Part shown: positions 1-9,900 of the stretch, piece after piece | How the letters are laid out: each line of letters begins with the position of its first letter | Position numbering within the stretch: the stretch's first letter is position 1 | From: Gammaproteobacteria bacterium | GTDB taxonomy: Bacteria; Pseudomonadota; Gammaproteobacteria; CBDBNL01; JAAOII01 | Direction of reading: 5' to 3' | NCBI GenBank assembly: GCA_965207705.1 | Contig: OZ242292.1 | Span: forward strand, 1,413,913-1,477,912 | DNA length: 64,000 nucleotides | The notes under the pieces: generated by a model | The model's input: the letters and a program-made list of their open reading frames with translations, nothing else | Database searches by the model: none | What the model was told of the DNA's origin: nothing | Made by a program: the position numbers and the translations under genes

Positions 1-1890
1 GCTAAGCGACAAAGTGTAACTAATCCAAAGAATACACTTTATGCAATTAAACGTCTTATAGGAAGAAAGTTTTCCGATGACGTGGTCCAAAAAGACGCTA
101 AGAACTCGCCCTTTGAAATAATGAAGGCGAAAAATGGCGACGCTTGGGTTAAGGCGCAAGGAAAAGAGTTGGCGCCACAGCAGGTTTCAGCAGAGATTCT
201 GAAGAAAATGAAGAAATCCGCCGAGGATTATTTAGGCGCTAAGGTCACAGATGCGGTTATTACAGTGCCTGCATATTTTAATGACTCTCAACGTCAGGCA
301 ACTAAGGATGCGGGACGGATAGCAGGGCTTAATGTTAAGCGCATAATTAATGAACCCACTGCTGCAGCTCTTGCTTATGGCTTGGATAAAAAAGGAGGCG
401 AGCAAAAGATAGCGGTCTATGACTTAGGCGGTGGAACTTTTGATATATCCATTATTGAGATGGCTGATGTTGATAATGAGAAACAATTTCAGGTGCTGGC
501 TACCAATGGAGATACTTTCCTTGGCGGCGAGGATTTTGACAATGTTGTTATTAATTATCTGGCGGATGAGTTTAAGAAAGAAAATGCTTTAGATCTAACC
601 AAGGATCCATTGGCTATGCAACGACTTAAAGAAGCGGCAGAAAAAGCGAAAATTGAGTTATCCTCGGCATTGCAAACAGATATTAATCTACCTTATGTTA
701 CCGCTGATAGTTCTGGACCCAAACACTTGAGTATCAAACTTACCAGAGCTAAGCTTGAATCAATGGTGGATGAATTGATAAGTAGAACCCTGATTCCTTG
801 CAAACAGGCACTTAAGGATGCAAAACTGAGCGTTGGTGATATTAAGGAAGTGATTTTAGTGGGCGGTCAGACCAGAATGCCGCTAGTACAAAAGAAAGTT
901 CAAGAACTATTTGGTAAAGAACCGAGGCGTGATGTTAACCCAGATGAAGCAGTCGCGATGGGGGCTGGGATTCAGGCGGCAGTTTTAGCGGGAGATGTGA
1001 AAGATGTCTTATTGCTTGACGTGACACCGTTATCTTTGGGTATAGAGACCCTTGGCGGAGTATCCACAGTGTTAATTGAGAAGAACACTACCATACCTAC
1101 CAAGAAAACTCAAGTATTTTCCACCGCTGATGATAATCAGCCGGCGGTAACTATTCATGTCTTGCAAGGGGAAAGGAAAAAAGCAACCGATAATAAATCA
1201 TTGGGAAGATTTGACCTCACGGATATCCCCGCAGCTCCACGCGGCATGCCGCAAATTGAAGTTAGTTTTGATATTGATGCCAACGGTATTTTGAATGTTT
1301 CTGCCAAAGACAAGAATACCAACAAGGAGCAATCTATTGAAATTAAAGCGGCAAGCGGACTATCTGAAAGCGAAATTGAGACGATGGTAAAAGAGGCGGA
1401 AGCCCATGCTGCTGATGATGAAAAATTTGAAAAATTAGTTACGGCGCGCAATGAGGGAGAAAGCATTAATCATGCTGTTTCAAAGTCGTTTGAAGAGCAT
1501 AAGGATGAACTTAAAGATGAGGAAAAGCAAGATATTGAGAAGGTGCTAAAAGAATTAGAAGAAGCGCTTAAGGGTGAAGATGGTGATGCCATTAAAGAAA
1601 AAGCTCGTGAGCTTACTCAGAAGGCGGTGCCTCTTACTCAGATTGTTATGAAAAAAGAACAGGAAAAGCAGCAAGCCGACCAAGCAGAAAGTTCAAATGA
1701 AGAATCCCAGCAGGAAGAGTCAAAGTCAGATTCTGACGATAAAGTTGAAGATGCCGAGTATGAAGAGGTAAAAGGCAGTAAGGGCGCTGAGGACAAGAGT
1801 ACCGAAAAGGGTGCTAAAGACAAGAGTACTAAAGACAAGAGCGCTAAAGACAAGAGTGCTGAGGGCAAGAGTGCTGAGGGCAAGGGCTAA
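1..1890 (+). CDS. dnaK: Chaperone DnaK (Hsp70), 5'-truncated by window edge
   Basis: Frame is open from base 1 ([22 protein letters not shown]). Motifs [50 protein letters not shown]. Confidence 0.99.
   Translation, partial: AKRQSVTNPKNTLYAIKRLIGRKFSDDVVQKDAKNSPFEIMKAKNGDAWVKAQGKELAPQQVSAEILKKMKKSAEDYLGAKVTDAVITVPAYFNDSQRQATKDAGRIAGLNVKRIINEPTAAALAYGLDKKGGEQKIAVYDLGGGTFDISIIEMADVDNEKQFQVLATNGDTFLGGEDFDNVVINYLADEFKKENALDLTKDPLAMQRLKEAAEKAKIELSSALQTDINLPYVTADSSGPKHLSIKLTRAKLESMVDELISRTLIPCKQALKDAKLSVGDIKEVILVGGQTRMPLVQKKVQELFGKEPRRDVNPDEAVAMGAGIQAAVLAGDVKDVLLLDVTPLSLGIETLGGVSTVLIEKNTTIPTKKTQVFSTADDNQPAVTIHVLQGERKKATDNKSLGRFDLTDIPAAPRGMPQIEVSFDIDANGILNVSAKDKNTNKEQSIEIKAASGLSESEIETMVKEAEAHAADDEKFEKLVTARNEGESINHAVSKSFEEHKDELKDEEKQDIEKVLKELEEALKGEDGDAIKEKARELTQKAVPLTQIVMKKEQEKQQADQAESSNEESQQEESKSDSDDKVEDAEYEEVKGSKGAEDKSTEKGAKDKSTKDKSAKDKSAEGKSAEGKG
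1780..1887 (+). repeat. Imperfect 15-bp tandem repeat encoding the DnaK C-terminal tail ([10 protein letters not shown] units)
   Basis: Units such as aagagtactaaagac, aagagcgctaaagac, and aagagtgctgagggc twice, read directly. Confidence 0.9.
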
Positions 1891-1899
1891 TAATCTTGA

Positions 1900-2463
1900 A
1901 TGTATGATTTTATCCACGGCATTGCGGAAAATAAGGAGCCAGGACACGTAGTCATAAACTGTAATGGGTTGGGCTATGGCTTGGATATTCCCATATCAAT
2001 TGGTGAGAAAATTGAGACAGGGAAGGAAGTTCGGCTGTATGCTCATCTAATTATTCGCGATGATACTGCCACTCTCTATGGGTTTATAGATATAGCGCAA
2101 AGAAAAGTATTTCGCAACATTATTGCTGTAAGCGGAATAGGACCACGCCTGGCGCTGAATATTCTGGGGGTTTTTACATTAGACCAGTTGGCGGCTGTAG
2201 TGCAAGGCGGGGATGTCAGTCAACTTACTAGGGTTCCTAAACTTGGTAGCAAAAAAGCCCAACACCTCATAACCGAACTTGAAGGTAGATTACCATCGGT
2301 AACTGCCGTCCGCACTCCAATATTAGAAGCGGAAACAGCATTGATTACTCTTGGATATAAAAAACAAGAGGCAACTATCGCCATTAATAATATAAAAGGA
2401 GATGGACTGTCTACAGAACAATTAGTAAAACACGCGTTACAAAACTTAAGAAAAAGCCCATAA
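1900..2463 (+). CDS. ruvA: Holliday junction branch migration protein RuvA
   Basis: GLGY, LYGF, VSGIGPRLAL HhH motif, LTRVPKLGSKKA, C-terminal ALITLGY. Confidence 0.96.
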   Translation: MYDFIHGIAENKEPGHVVINCNGLGYGLDIPISIGEKIETGKEVRLYAHLIIRDDTATLYGFIDIAQRKVFRNIIAVSGIGPRLALNILGVFTLDQLAAVVQGGDVSQLTRVPKLGSKKAQHLITELEGRLPSVTAVRTPILEAETALITLGYKKQEATIAINNIKGDGLSTEQLVKHALQNLRKSP

Positions 2464-2489
2464 TCTAATATTTCGTATAAAATAGGTAC

Positions 2490-3263
2490 ATGGTATCTCC
2501 TTATACTGCTCAGTGCCCTAATTGCCTAGCCGAAATTGATTTAACTCAAGATGACCTGGAGGTGGCAAAAGGTGATATAATATGTGGTAATTGTGATAAT
2601 CAGTTCCATGCTCCTGATTATTTACTTAAGGGATTTTTTTCTGCTCAGCGTGGTTCTAAAGGCAAGGCACCTAAGCTAGGAAAGCAAAATAAAAATCAAG
2701 ATACATCGGCAACATTTAATAACGAGATTATGAATACATCAGATTTTGACGTAGCTCCAGGATATTCCTCATATCGCAGGAAGAGGTTCCTTAAGAACTT
2801 CTTTGCCGCGACAGTTAATTTAATATTAATTTTATTTCTTTCATTCCAATTGTTATGGATTAACTTTGATGAATGGGCTGCCAAAGAGAGTATCCGTCCT
2901 GTATATGGGTTTTTATGCTCCATAGAACAGCTTAAATGCCGCTTACCCTCTTATGTTGAACCAATTGATATAAAGGCAGAAAGGTTTGAAGTTAATTTGC
3001 GTAGTGATGGGGTGTATGTGCTGCAGGCGACCTTGACTAATTATGCTTCAATACCCAAGTCATTCCCGTGGATTGAGGTTATTTTTTCAGATATAAATGA
3101 CTATCCAGTTGCGTCAGGGAAATTTTCTCCATATCAATATTTAGATAAGGGGGTAGTAACTTCTCTTATGCCACCAGATAGAAGATATGACGTTTTACTT
3201 GAAATTAACAGTCCTTCATCCCCTGTAGCAAAGTATGAAATGAATGTCATAGCAGTTAATTAA
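2490..3263 (+). CDS. Zinc-ribbon (MJ0042-like finger) plus DUF3426-type membrane-anchored protein
   Basis: N-terminal CPNC...CGNC, a central TM segment, then a periplasmic C-x6-C and FPWIEVIFSD...FSPYQYL resembling DUF3426. Confidence 0.75.
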   Translation: MVSPYTAQCPNCLAEIDLTQDDLEVAKGDIICGNCDNQFHAPDYLLKGFFSAQRGSKGKAPKLGKQNKNQDTSATFNNEIMNTSDFDVAPGYSSYRRKRFLKNFFAATVNLILILFLSFQLLWINFDEWAAKESIRPVYGFLCSIEQLKCRLPSYVEPIDIKAERFEVNLRSDGVYVLQATLTNYASIPKSFPWIEVIFSDINDYPVASGKFSPYQYLDKGVVTSLMPPDRRYDVLLEINSPSSPVAKYEMNVIAVN

Positions 3264-3297
3264 CCCCAATAACTTAAGACAATTAAAATAATAGCCA

Positions 3298-5073
3298 ATG
3301 CAAGATAGGATAGAAGATTCCTTGGCGCGGGCGGTTGAATCCTTGCATGAAAATGGAATTTTGCCAAGTGCTGATGTAAAAATTGAGGTTAGAAGTACCC
3401 CAGATGATGTTGCTGGTGATTATTCAACCAATTTAGCGCTGGCGCAAAGTTCTTCATCAGGAATAAAAGTTACTAAATTAGCGCAGCTGATAATTGATGA
3501 ACTCCCTAAGGAACCCTGGCTAATAAAAGCTGATTTTGCTCCTCCTGGGTTTATCAATTTCCATTGTCAGTTAGCTAGTGAAAATAAAATTATTGCTAAG
3601 GTCTTACAAGAAAAAGAAAAGTTTGGCAGTATCACAGATTCAAAAGGCAAAGAAATAGTTAAGCAGAAAATTTTGGTTGAATATGTTTCGGTAAACCCAA
3701 CTGGTCCTTTGCATACTGGACACGGACGCGCCGCCGCCGTAGGTTCCACTTTGGTCAATATTTTGCGTTTTGTTGGACATGATGTGGATGGTGAATTTTA
3801 TGTCAATGATGGTGGACGGCAAATGCAAATACTCACGGCTACATTTTTATTGCGCCTTATGCAACTACAAGGAGAACCCTTAGAGGATATTCCTCAAGGG
3901 ATGTATCAAGGCGAGTATATCATGGGAATAGCGCGACTGTGGCAAGAATCTCAAGGAGAGAAAAAACCACCTTCACTGCCTGCCGCTGCAGATATATTAC
4001 ATATAGAGCAAGATGAGAAAGAACAAGAAGTAAGAATTGACAAAATAATAACTCTGCTGGAAAGCCGCTTGGGATCTGATTTTTCTAAAGCTGCTGATTT
4101 CATCCTAACTAATATGATGCAAACAATTCGTGATGACTTAAACAAATTTGGCGTCCATCACGACAGCTGGTATTACGAGAGCTCTACAATTAAGGATAAA
4201 GAAGATATAAAAATGATAGAGGTGCTGCAGAAAAATAATTATGTCTACGAAAAAAATGGAGCCGTGTGGTTCAACAGCAAAAAATTTGGTGATGACAAGG
4301 ACAGGGTATTAAAAAGAAGCAACGGTAATATGACATATTTTGCTAATGATATTGCCTATCACAACAATAAATACGAAAGGGGCTACGATAGAATAGTGGA
4401 TATATTAGGCGCCGACCATCATGGTTATATTAATCGTATTCGTTCTTCTATGCAAGCGTTGGGTAGAGATGCGGATAGTTTTGATGTGCTTTTGATACAG
4501 CTTGCTTTCTTAGTTAAGCGCGGGGTAAGGGTTTCTATGTCTACTCGGGCTGATACATTTGAGTCTTTGGCGTCTCTTATGGAGAAGGTGGGAGTAGACG
4601 CGGCGCGTTTTTTCTATCTTATGTATAGGAGAGATCGTCAAATGGATTTTGATATTGACTTGGCAACTTCAAAGAGTAAGGAGAACCCGGTTTATTATGT
4701 TCAGTATGCCCATGCCAGAATATGCCGTTTGTTTGACGAACTGGACAAAAATAAGGAGCATAATTGGACAGAGATTCGCACTAAGGGATTAGAGATGCTT
4801 GAACTTCTTGTGGATAAGCGTGAGAAATCTTTGGCTATGAAACTGAGTCGGTTTCCTAATATTCTTTTTGAAATCAATGATAAATATGAAACCCATCTGC
4901 TGCCACTGTATTTAAGAGAACTTGCCAGTGAATTCCATAGCTATTATAATGCGGTTCGTGTTTTGGGAACGGGAGATGAGATGGCACCCAGGTTATGCTT
5001 ATGTGCTGCCGTGAAGATAACTATAGCTAACGGACTTCATCTTATGGGAGTAAATGCTCCAGATCGGATGTAA
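3298..5073 (+). CDS. argS: Arginine--tRNA ligase
   Basis: GDYSTN, PGFINF, EYVSVNPTGPLHTGHGR (HIGH-type), GADHHGY, MSTR, NPVYYVQYAHAR, C-terminal APDRM. Confidence 0.98.
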   Translation: MQDRIEDSLARAVESLHENGILPSADVKIEVRSTPDDVAGDYSTNLALAQSSSSGIKVTKLAQLIIDELPKEPWLIKADFAPPGFINFHCQLASENKIIAKVLQEKEKFGSITDSKGKEIVKQKILVEYVSVNPTGPLHTGHGRAAAVGSTLVNILRFVGHDVDGEFYVNDGGRQMQILTATFLLRLMQLQGEPLEDIPQGMYQGEYIMGIARLWQESQGEKKPPSLPAAADILHIEQDEKEQEVRIDKIITLLESRLGSDFSKAADFILTNMMQTIRDDLNKFGVHHDSWYYESSTIKDKEDIKMIEVLQKNNYVYEKNGAVWFNSKKFGDDKDRVLKRSNGNMTYFANDIAYHNNKYERGYDRIVDILGADHHGYINRIRSSMQALGRDADSFDVLLIQLAFLVKRGVRVSMSTRADTFESLASLMEKVGVDAARFFYLMYRRDRQMDFDIDLATSKSKENPVYYVQYAHARICRLFDELDKNKEHNWTEIRTKGLEMLELLVDKREKSLAMKLSRFPNILFEINDKYETHLLPLYLRELASEFHSYYNAVRVLGTGDEMAPRLCLCAAVKITIANGLHLMGVNAPDRM

Positions 5074-5082
5074 AATAGCCCA

Positions 5083-5649
5083 ATGAGGGATTACATAGAC
5101 CTGCCGTCTAAGAAAAGCAACAATAAGTTCAAACCATGGATTATTAAGCTATTGATAATCTTATGCGGTATATCTTGTATGATTTTTGCTTTTGCTTATT
5201 TGAGTTATAGGTTTAATCTTATTAATACCAGCAACAATGACAATAATGCAGAGGAAAGTAACATAGGTGGCAGCATATCATCAGAGGAATTGACTGAAAC
5301 ATTTCCCCAACCGCCAACAGAGAATGAATATGATTTTTACAATGTACTTAGTAAAGAAGAGGCAGTGCGTATTGACAGACCAGAAGAGAAGCAAGTCCTT
5401 GCTGCGTCTAAAAATATTTATTACATAATAGTGGAGGATTATGCCTCTTATGAGCAGGCAAAAGAGGAATTAAAAAAAATGCATGAGTGGGGGATGAATA
5501 ATTTTAAGATAGAACCCTATAGCAAGGGCTATGAATTTATTTTTCGTATCAGGATAGGACCCTTTGTCTCTCGTTCAAATATGAATGCTAAACGAGATAT
5601 TCTTTACGATAACGACATCCCTAACAAATCATTAGTCCTGCGTAAATAA
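5083..5649 (+). CDS. SPOR-domain cell division protein (FtsN-like)
   Basis: N-terminal TM, YDFYNVL motif, C-terminal FRIRIGPF SPOR motif; usual position downstream of argS. Confidence 0.8.
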   Translation: MRDYIDLPSKKSNNKFKPWIIKLLIILCGISCMIFAFAYLSYRFNLINTSNNDNNAEESNIGGSISSEELTETFPQPPTENEYDFYNVLSKEEAVRIDRPEEKQVLAASKNIYYIIVEDYASYEQAKEELKKMHEWGMNNFKIEPYSKGYEFIFRIRIGPFVSRSNMNAKRDILYDNDIPNKSLVLRK

Positions 5650-5720
5650 CTCGCGCAATAGCTCTTTAATTCTACCCTCTATTAATTTCCCCCAGGGTAT
5701 GTCCGCCCTCTCTGCAGCCC

Positions 5721-7082
5721 CTACAGAATATACCTACTTAAATCTTTATCTTCAACCAGCGCTTCAAGTTGCTGCTTGACGTACTTATCATCTATTTCAA
5801 GCGCTTTCCCTTTCCTTTCTTGCGCAATATTGTGCGCATCAAAAGAAATCTTCTCTAATAATTTTTCCATAGTGGTTTGTAAACGACGCGCCCCTATATT
5901 TTCGGTATTCTCGTTAACTTGCCAAGCAATCTCTGCTATTTGTTTAATTGCTTTGGTGCTGAACTTAACTTTTAGTCCCTCAGTTTCCAACAGTCCCTTG
6001 TACTGCTCAATTAAGGAATAATCGGGTTCTTTAAGAATTCTTTCAAAATCACTGGCACGTAAGGATTGCAAGTTAACTCTAATAGGCAAACGTCCTTGTA
6101 ATTCGGGGATTAAATCAGACGGCTTGCTAAGATGAAATGCCCCTGAAGCAATAAAAAGTATATGGTCGGTTTTTATCATCCCACATCTTGTCTTTACTGA
6201 GCACCCCTCTATTATAGGTAATAAATCTCTTTGAACCCCTTCACGCGAGATATTGCCTGTGCGCTGTCCTGGCTCATTGGACTGAGTTATTTTATCCATT
6301 TCATCAATAAACACTATGCCGCTTTGCTCAACAATTTCTATGGCGTTGGCATTTATTTCTTCTTCATTGATGTAATTCTCGCTTATTTCTTCACTCAGCA
6401 GGCGTCGTGCTTTAGATATCGGCATCTTACGGCTTGGACTATTGCTGCCAGATAATTTTTTGAACATCTGTTGCAGATGATTGGTTGCATCTTCCATGCC
6501 TGGAGGACCCATAATTTCCACCCCCATAGAAGAGCCGCTAACTTGAATCTCAATTTCACGTTCCTCAAGTTTGCCAGCCCGCAGCTTACTACGAAAGGCG
6601 TTACGCGCCGACGATTCAGAAGTTGTGCTCGTATCTTCATCTGGAATAGGCGGCAGCAAAGCATTTAACAAACGTTCTTCAACCTTCTTGTCCACCAAAT
6701 CCTTAACTTCTTCACGTGCTTTATCTTGCAATAGTCCTACTGCAATATTGGCAAGATCGCGTATTATGGACTCAACATCTCGCCCAACATAACCTACTTC
6801 TGTAAATTTTGTTGCCTCAACCTTAATGAAAGGAGCGCCGACTAATTTTGCTAATCTTCTGGCTATTTCGGTCTTGCCCACGCCAGTAGGACCTATCATG
6901 AGAATATTTTTAGGAGCTATTTCGTTCCTCATGTCGGCAGGTAGCTGCATTCTGCGCCAGCGATTACGCAGTGCAATTGCAACTGCTTTTTTAGCTTCAT
7001 TCTGCCCTATGATGAACTTATCAAGTTCACTAACTATTTCTTGCGGAGCTAAGTCACTGCCGTAGGCGTTTTTATTTAACAT
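5721..7082 (-). CDS. hslU: ATP-dependent protease ATPase subunit HslU
   Basis: [53 protein letters not shown]. Confidence 0.99.
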   Translation of the reverse strand: MLNKNAYGSDLAPQEIVSELDKFIIGQNEAKKAVAIALRNRWRRMQLPADMRNEIAPKNILMIGPTGVGKTEIARRLAKLVGAPFIKVEATKFTEVGYVGRDVESIIRDLANIAVGLLQDKAREEVKDLVDKKVEERLLNALLPPIPDEDTSTTSESSARNAFRSKLRAGKLEEREIEIQVSGSSMGVEIMGPPGMEDATNHLQQMFKKLSGSNSPSRKMPISKARRLLSEEISENYINEEEINANAIEIVEQSGIVFIDEMDKITQSNEPGQRTGNISREGVQRDLLPIIEGCSVKTRCGMIKTDHILFIASGAFHLSKPSDLIPELQGRLPIRVNLQSLRASDFERILKEPDYSLIEQYKGLLETEGLKVKFSTKAIKQIAEIAWQVNENTENIGARRLQTTMEKLLEKISFDAHNIAQERKGKALEIDDKYVKQQLEALVEDKDLSRYIL

Positions 7083-7647
7083 TTTCTAAGGTTTCAAGTA
7101 TACAATTGTCGTTGGTGTAAATACATATATTAGCGGTTATAGCCATGGATTTTTTGGTTATATCTGCTGCGGAAAGTTTGGTCTCTTCAAGCAGGGCGCG
7201 CGCTGCAGCTGTAGCAAAAGTGCCGCCAGAACCTATGGCAATAATGTCATCTTGTGGCTCAATAACATCTCCGCTACCAGTTATAACTAAAGAATGCAGG
7301 GAATCCGCTACTACTAACAATGCCTCCAAACGTCGTAAATACTTGTCGGTACGCCAGTCCTTAGCAAGTTCCACCGCTGCCCTTTGCAGCATTCCTTGAT
7401 GTTTTTCTAACTTTGCTTCAAATCTTTCAAACAGGGTAAACGCATCGGCAGTGCTGCCTGCAAAACCAGCAAGTACCTTGTCATCATAAATTCTGCGGAC
7501 TTTGCGCGCATTTGATTTCATAACAACATTACCCATAGTAACCTGCCCATCCCCGCCCATAGCGACCTGTTTGCCGCGCCGCACTGATAAAATAGTGGTG
7601 CCGTGTAAAGGGGTCATTGAATTCATTTGTGAGTTTAGTTTATCCAT
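7072..7647 (-). CDS. hslV: ATP-dependent protease subunit HslV
   Basis: HG|TTILSVRR N-terminal Thr nucleophile, [26 protein letters not shown]. Confidence 0.98.
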   Translation of the reverse strand: MDKLNSQMNSMTPLHGTTILSVRRGKQVAMGGDGQVTMGNVVMKSNARKVRRIYDDKVLAGFAGSTADAFTLFERFEAKLEKHQGMLQRAAVELAKDWRTDKYLRRLEALLVVADSLHSLVITGSGDVIEPQDDIIAIGSGGTFATAAARALLEETKLSAADITKKSMAITANICIYTNDNCILETLENVK

Positions 7648-7921
7648 AACATAACAATTGTAGGGACAAACATCTCATTTTCAAGTGATTTATAGCGATA
7701 GCCCTCATAACTTGTTGAGTCATGACGCTCCAATAGGAATGATAAAAATATATTTAGACGCTAAAGTGATATACAGACATATAATTATCTATAATTATAC
7801 AATTGTATAGAATATTTCTTGTATAATAAATTTTTGTGTCGCATTACTAAAATATAGTTATGCAGAAAAAATTAAACATTATATCGAACATTAAGTATGT
7901 GTCAACTTCACAAAAATAGTT

Positions 7922-8752
7922 ATGCCTGCTTTTAATGATTTAGATTTAAAGAACTGGAAGGAATCTGAGATATGGACTGATAGCTTATGGCTTATTCCTG
8001 CTAGAGACAAAAGAGGGAAACACGACGGGTTTTACCATGGGAACTTCATCCCTCAGATACCACGTCAGTTTATTCTAAGATATACCAAACAAAATGAGAT
8101 AGTATTTGATCCGTTTTTAGGTAGCGGAACCACTGCTTATGAAGCAGAAGAATTAAAAAGGAACTTCATAGGGATCGATATTCAGCCCAAAATGGTTGAG
8201 TATGTTAAGAATAAATTAGAGAACTCTAAAGCTAGTGCGGATATATTTGATGAAAAGAGCCAGGAAGGAAATAATTTTGCTGATATTATTATTGGAGACA
8301 GCTCTAACGAAGAAACTTTTATTAAGGTTAATGATATTATGAGGTCGCATAAAAGGCAAAAAATTCAATTTGCGATTTTACATCCTCCTTACTGGAATAT
8401 CATTAAATTTAGCGATAATAAAAATGATTTATCTGGTGCTTCCTCTCTTGATAATTTTTTAAAACAATTTGCTGCGATAGTGAAAAACACTGTTAATATT
8501 TTAGATATTAATAGGTATATTGCAATTGTAATAGGCGATAAATACTCAGCAGGTGAGTGGGTGCCGTTAGGTTTTCATTGCATGGAAGCTGCGAAGGAAT
8601 CAGGTTTAATATTAAAAAGCATTATAATAAAGAACATGGAAGGAAATCGCGCTAAAAAAAATCAGGGGGGAATTTGGCGATACCGGGCTTTATCAAGTGA
8701 TTATTATATTTTTAAGCATGAATATATCTTAGTATTTAAGAAAACTAAATGA
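7922..8752 (+). CDS. Amino (N4-C/N6-A) DNA methyltransferase with HPPY catalytic motif
   Basis: Motif X-like HGNFIPQIP, motif I FDPFLGSGTT, motif IV LHPPYW, C-terminal HEYILVFKK. Confidence 0.9.
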   Translation: MPAFNDLDLKNWKESEIWTDSLWLIPARDKRGKHDGFYHGNFIPQIPRQFILRYTKQNEIVFDPFLGSGTTAYEAEELKRNFIGIDIQPKMVEYVKNKLENSKASADIFDEKSQEGNNFADIIIGDSSNEETFIKVNDIMRSHKRQKIQFAILHPPYWNIIKFSDNKNDLSGASSLDNFLKQFAAIVKNTVNILDINRYIAIVIGDKYSAGEWVPLGFHCMEAAKESGLILKSIIIKNMEGNRAKKNQGGIWRYRALSSDYYIFKHEYILVFKKTK

Positions 8753-9900
8753 CTACTACTCACGTATTGATTGTCAGTGAACGGACAATGAAGCTCCATC
8801 TTGAATACTTATTTATAGGGACGGGAGGGAAAAAAACATTAATTGATTTTAATCAATCTGCCACAACTAATCTACATCATTCTACAGAAAGAAATTTAGT
8901 TGCCATGATAGCTGATATTAATAGGATAAGAAAAGATGATAAGATTATTTTTTATGTTCAGAAAGGGCAACAGGAGGGAACTTTTTATGGCATATTCAAA
9001 GTAACATCTGAGGCACCCTTTATAGATGATAATGATGATAGGCAATACTTAAAAAATGAGTTAGATAAGTTATTACCCTTTAGGGCTCTAATAAAACCTC
9101 ATGAAGTGTATGCCCGTGGAGTTACAGAATGGCAAGCATTGGATGAAATCAAAAATATACATTCTCCTAATCAGATGCTTTGGAGTTTAATCTACCGTAA
9201 ATTAAAAGCAAATAGAGGGTGTACTATGATTACTCTTTATGAATCAGAAAGATTATGCCAACTTATTCGCGATCATAATATGAAAAAATCTTTGAATGTT
9301 AATAATGGAATGCTGTCATTTGATGACAATAAGATAGTTTGTAAAAGTAGTAAAGCCAATGCATATAAAGGACGTCAGGTAGCGGTTGATATTATGCGAC
9401 GATTAATTGCTAAGCTAAAAGACGGCAAAGCATTTGAAGGACATTTGCAAGCATATATAACGCAAAATATTGGAACGGGGAGGGATCGAGTTCTAGATGA
9501 AATTATATTAACAGCGGGAGAGCAAGAGTGGATTGGCAATGAGGTATCTTGTGGAGTAGGCATGCAGAGGATAGATGTTTTATTATCTCTTACAAAAAAT
9601 GATCAGCGGGTTGTCGTCCCTATAGAATTAAAGGATGAAAAGATAAACCCCGATACAATATATCAAATGCAAAGATATATTTATTGGCTAGAACAATATT
9701 ATATTCCTAATATACAGGGCGATATTCAACCTGTTTTAATATCAAGGGCAATAGAAGACAAAACTTCTGCTAGTTATAAAGAAATTATTCAAAGTTTTGA
9801 CGTCTTTAATACTTCTAATAATAGTAGCTGTCTTAAACTTAAATATATTGAATTCTGTGAACAACAAAATCAGCTGATATTCAATAATATAACTTATTAA
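8749..9900 (+). CDS. Putative endonuclease: N-terminal EVE/PUA-like domain plus C-terminal NucS/EndoMS-like PD-(D/E)XK domain
   Basis: RIRKDDKIIFYV...FYGIFKVTSEAPF...LPFRALIKP matches the EVE-family pattern. EGHLQAYI...NEV...RIDVL...PIELK...QMQRY fits a PD-(D/E)XK nuclease with a QxxxY motif. Confidence 0.78.
   Translation: MTTTHVLIVSERTMKLHLEYLFIGTGGKKTLIDFNQSATTNLHHSTERNLVAMIADINRIRKDDKIIFYVQKGQQEGTFYGIFKVTSEAPFIDDNDDRQYLKNELDKLLPFRALIKPHEVYARGVTEWQALDEIKNIHSPNQMLWSLIYRKLKANRGCTMITLYESERLCQLIRDHNMKKSLNVNNGMLSFDDNKIVCKSSKANAYKGRQVAVDIMRRLIAKLKDGKAFEGHLQAYITQNIGTGRDRVLDEIILTAGEQEWIGNEVSCGVGMQRIDVLLSLTKNDQRVVVPIELKDEKINPDTIYQMQRYIYWLEQYYIPNIQGDIQPVLISRAIEDKTSASYKEIIQSFDVFNTSNNSSCLKLKYIEFCEQQNQLIFNNITY

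Noticed and set aside
7600-7647. N-terminal extension on HslV before the catalytic Thr
   Set aside because: Short propeptides ending in HG|TT are common in proteobacterial HslV, and the true start may be a later Met.
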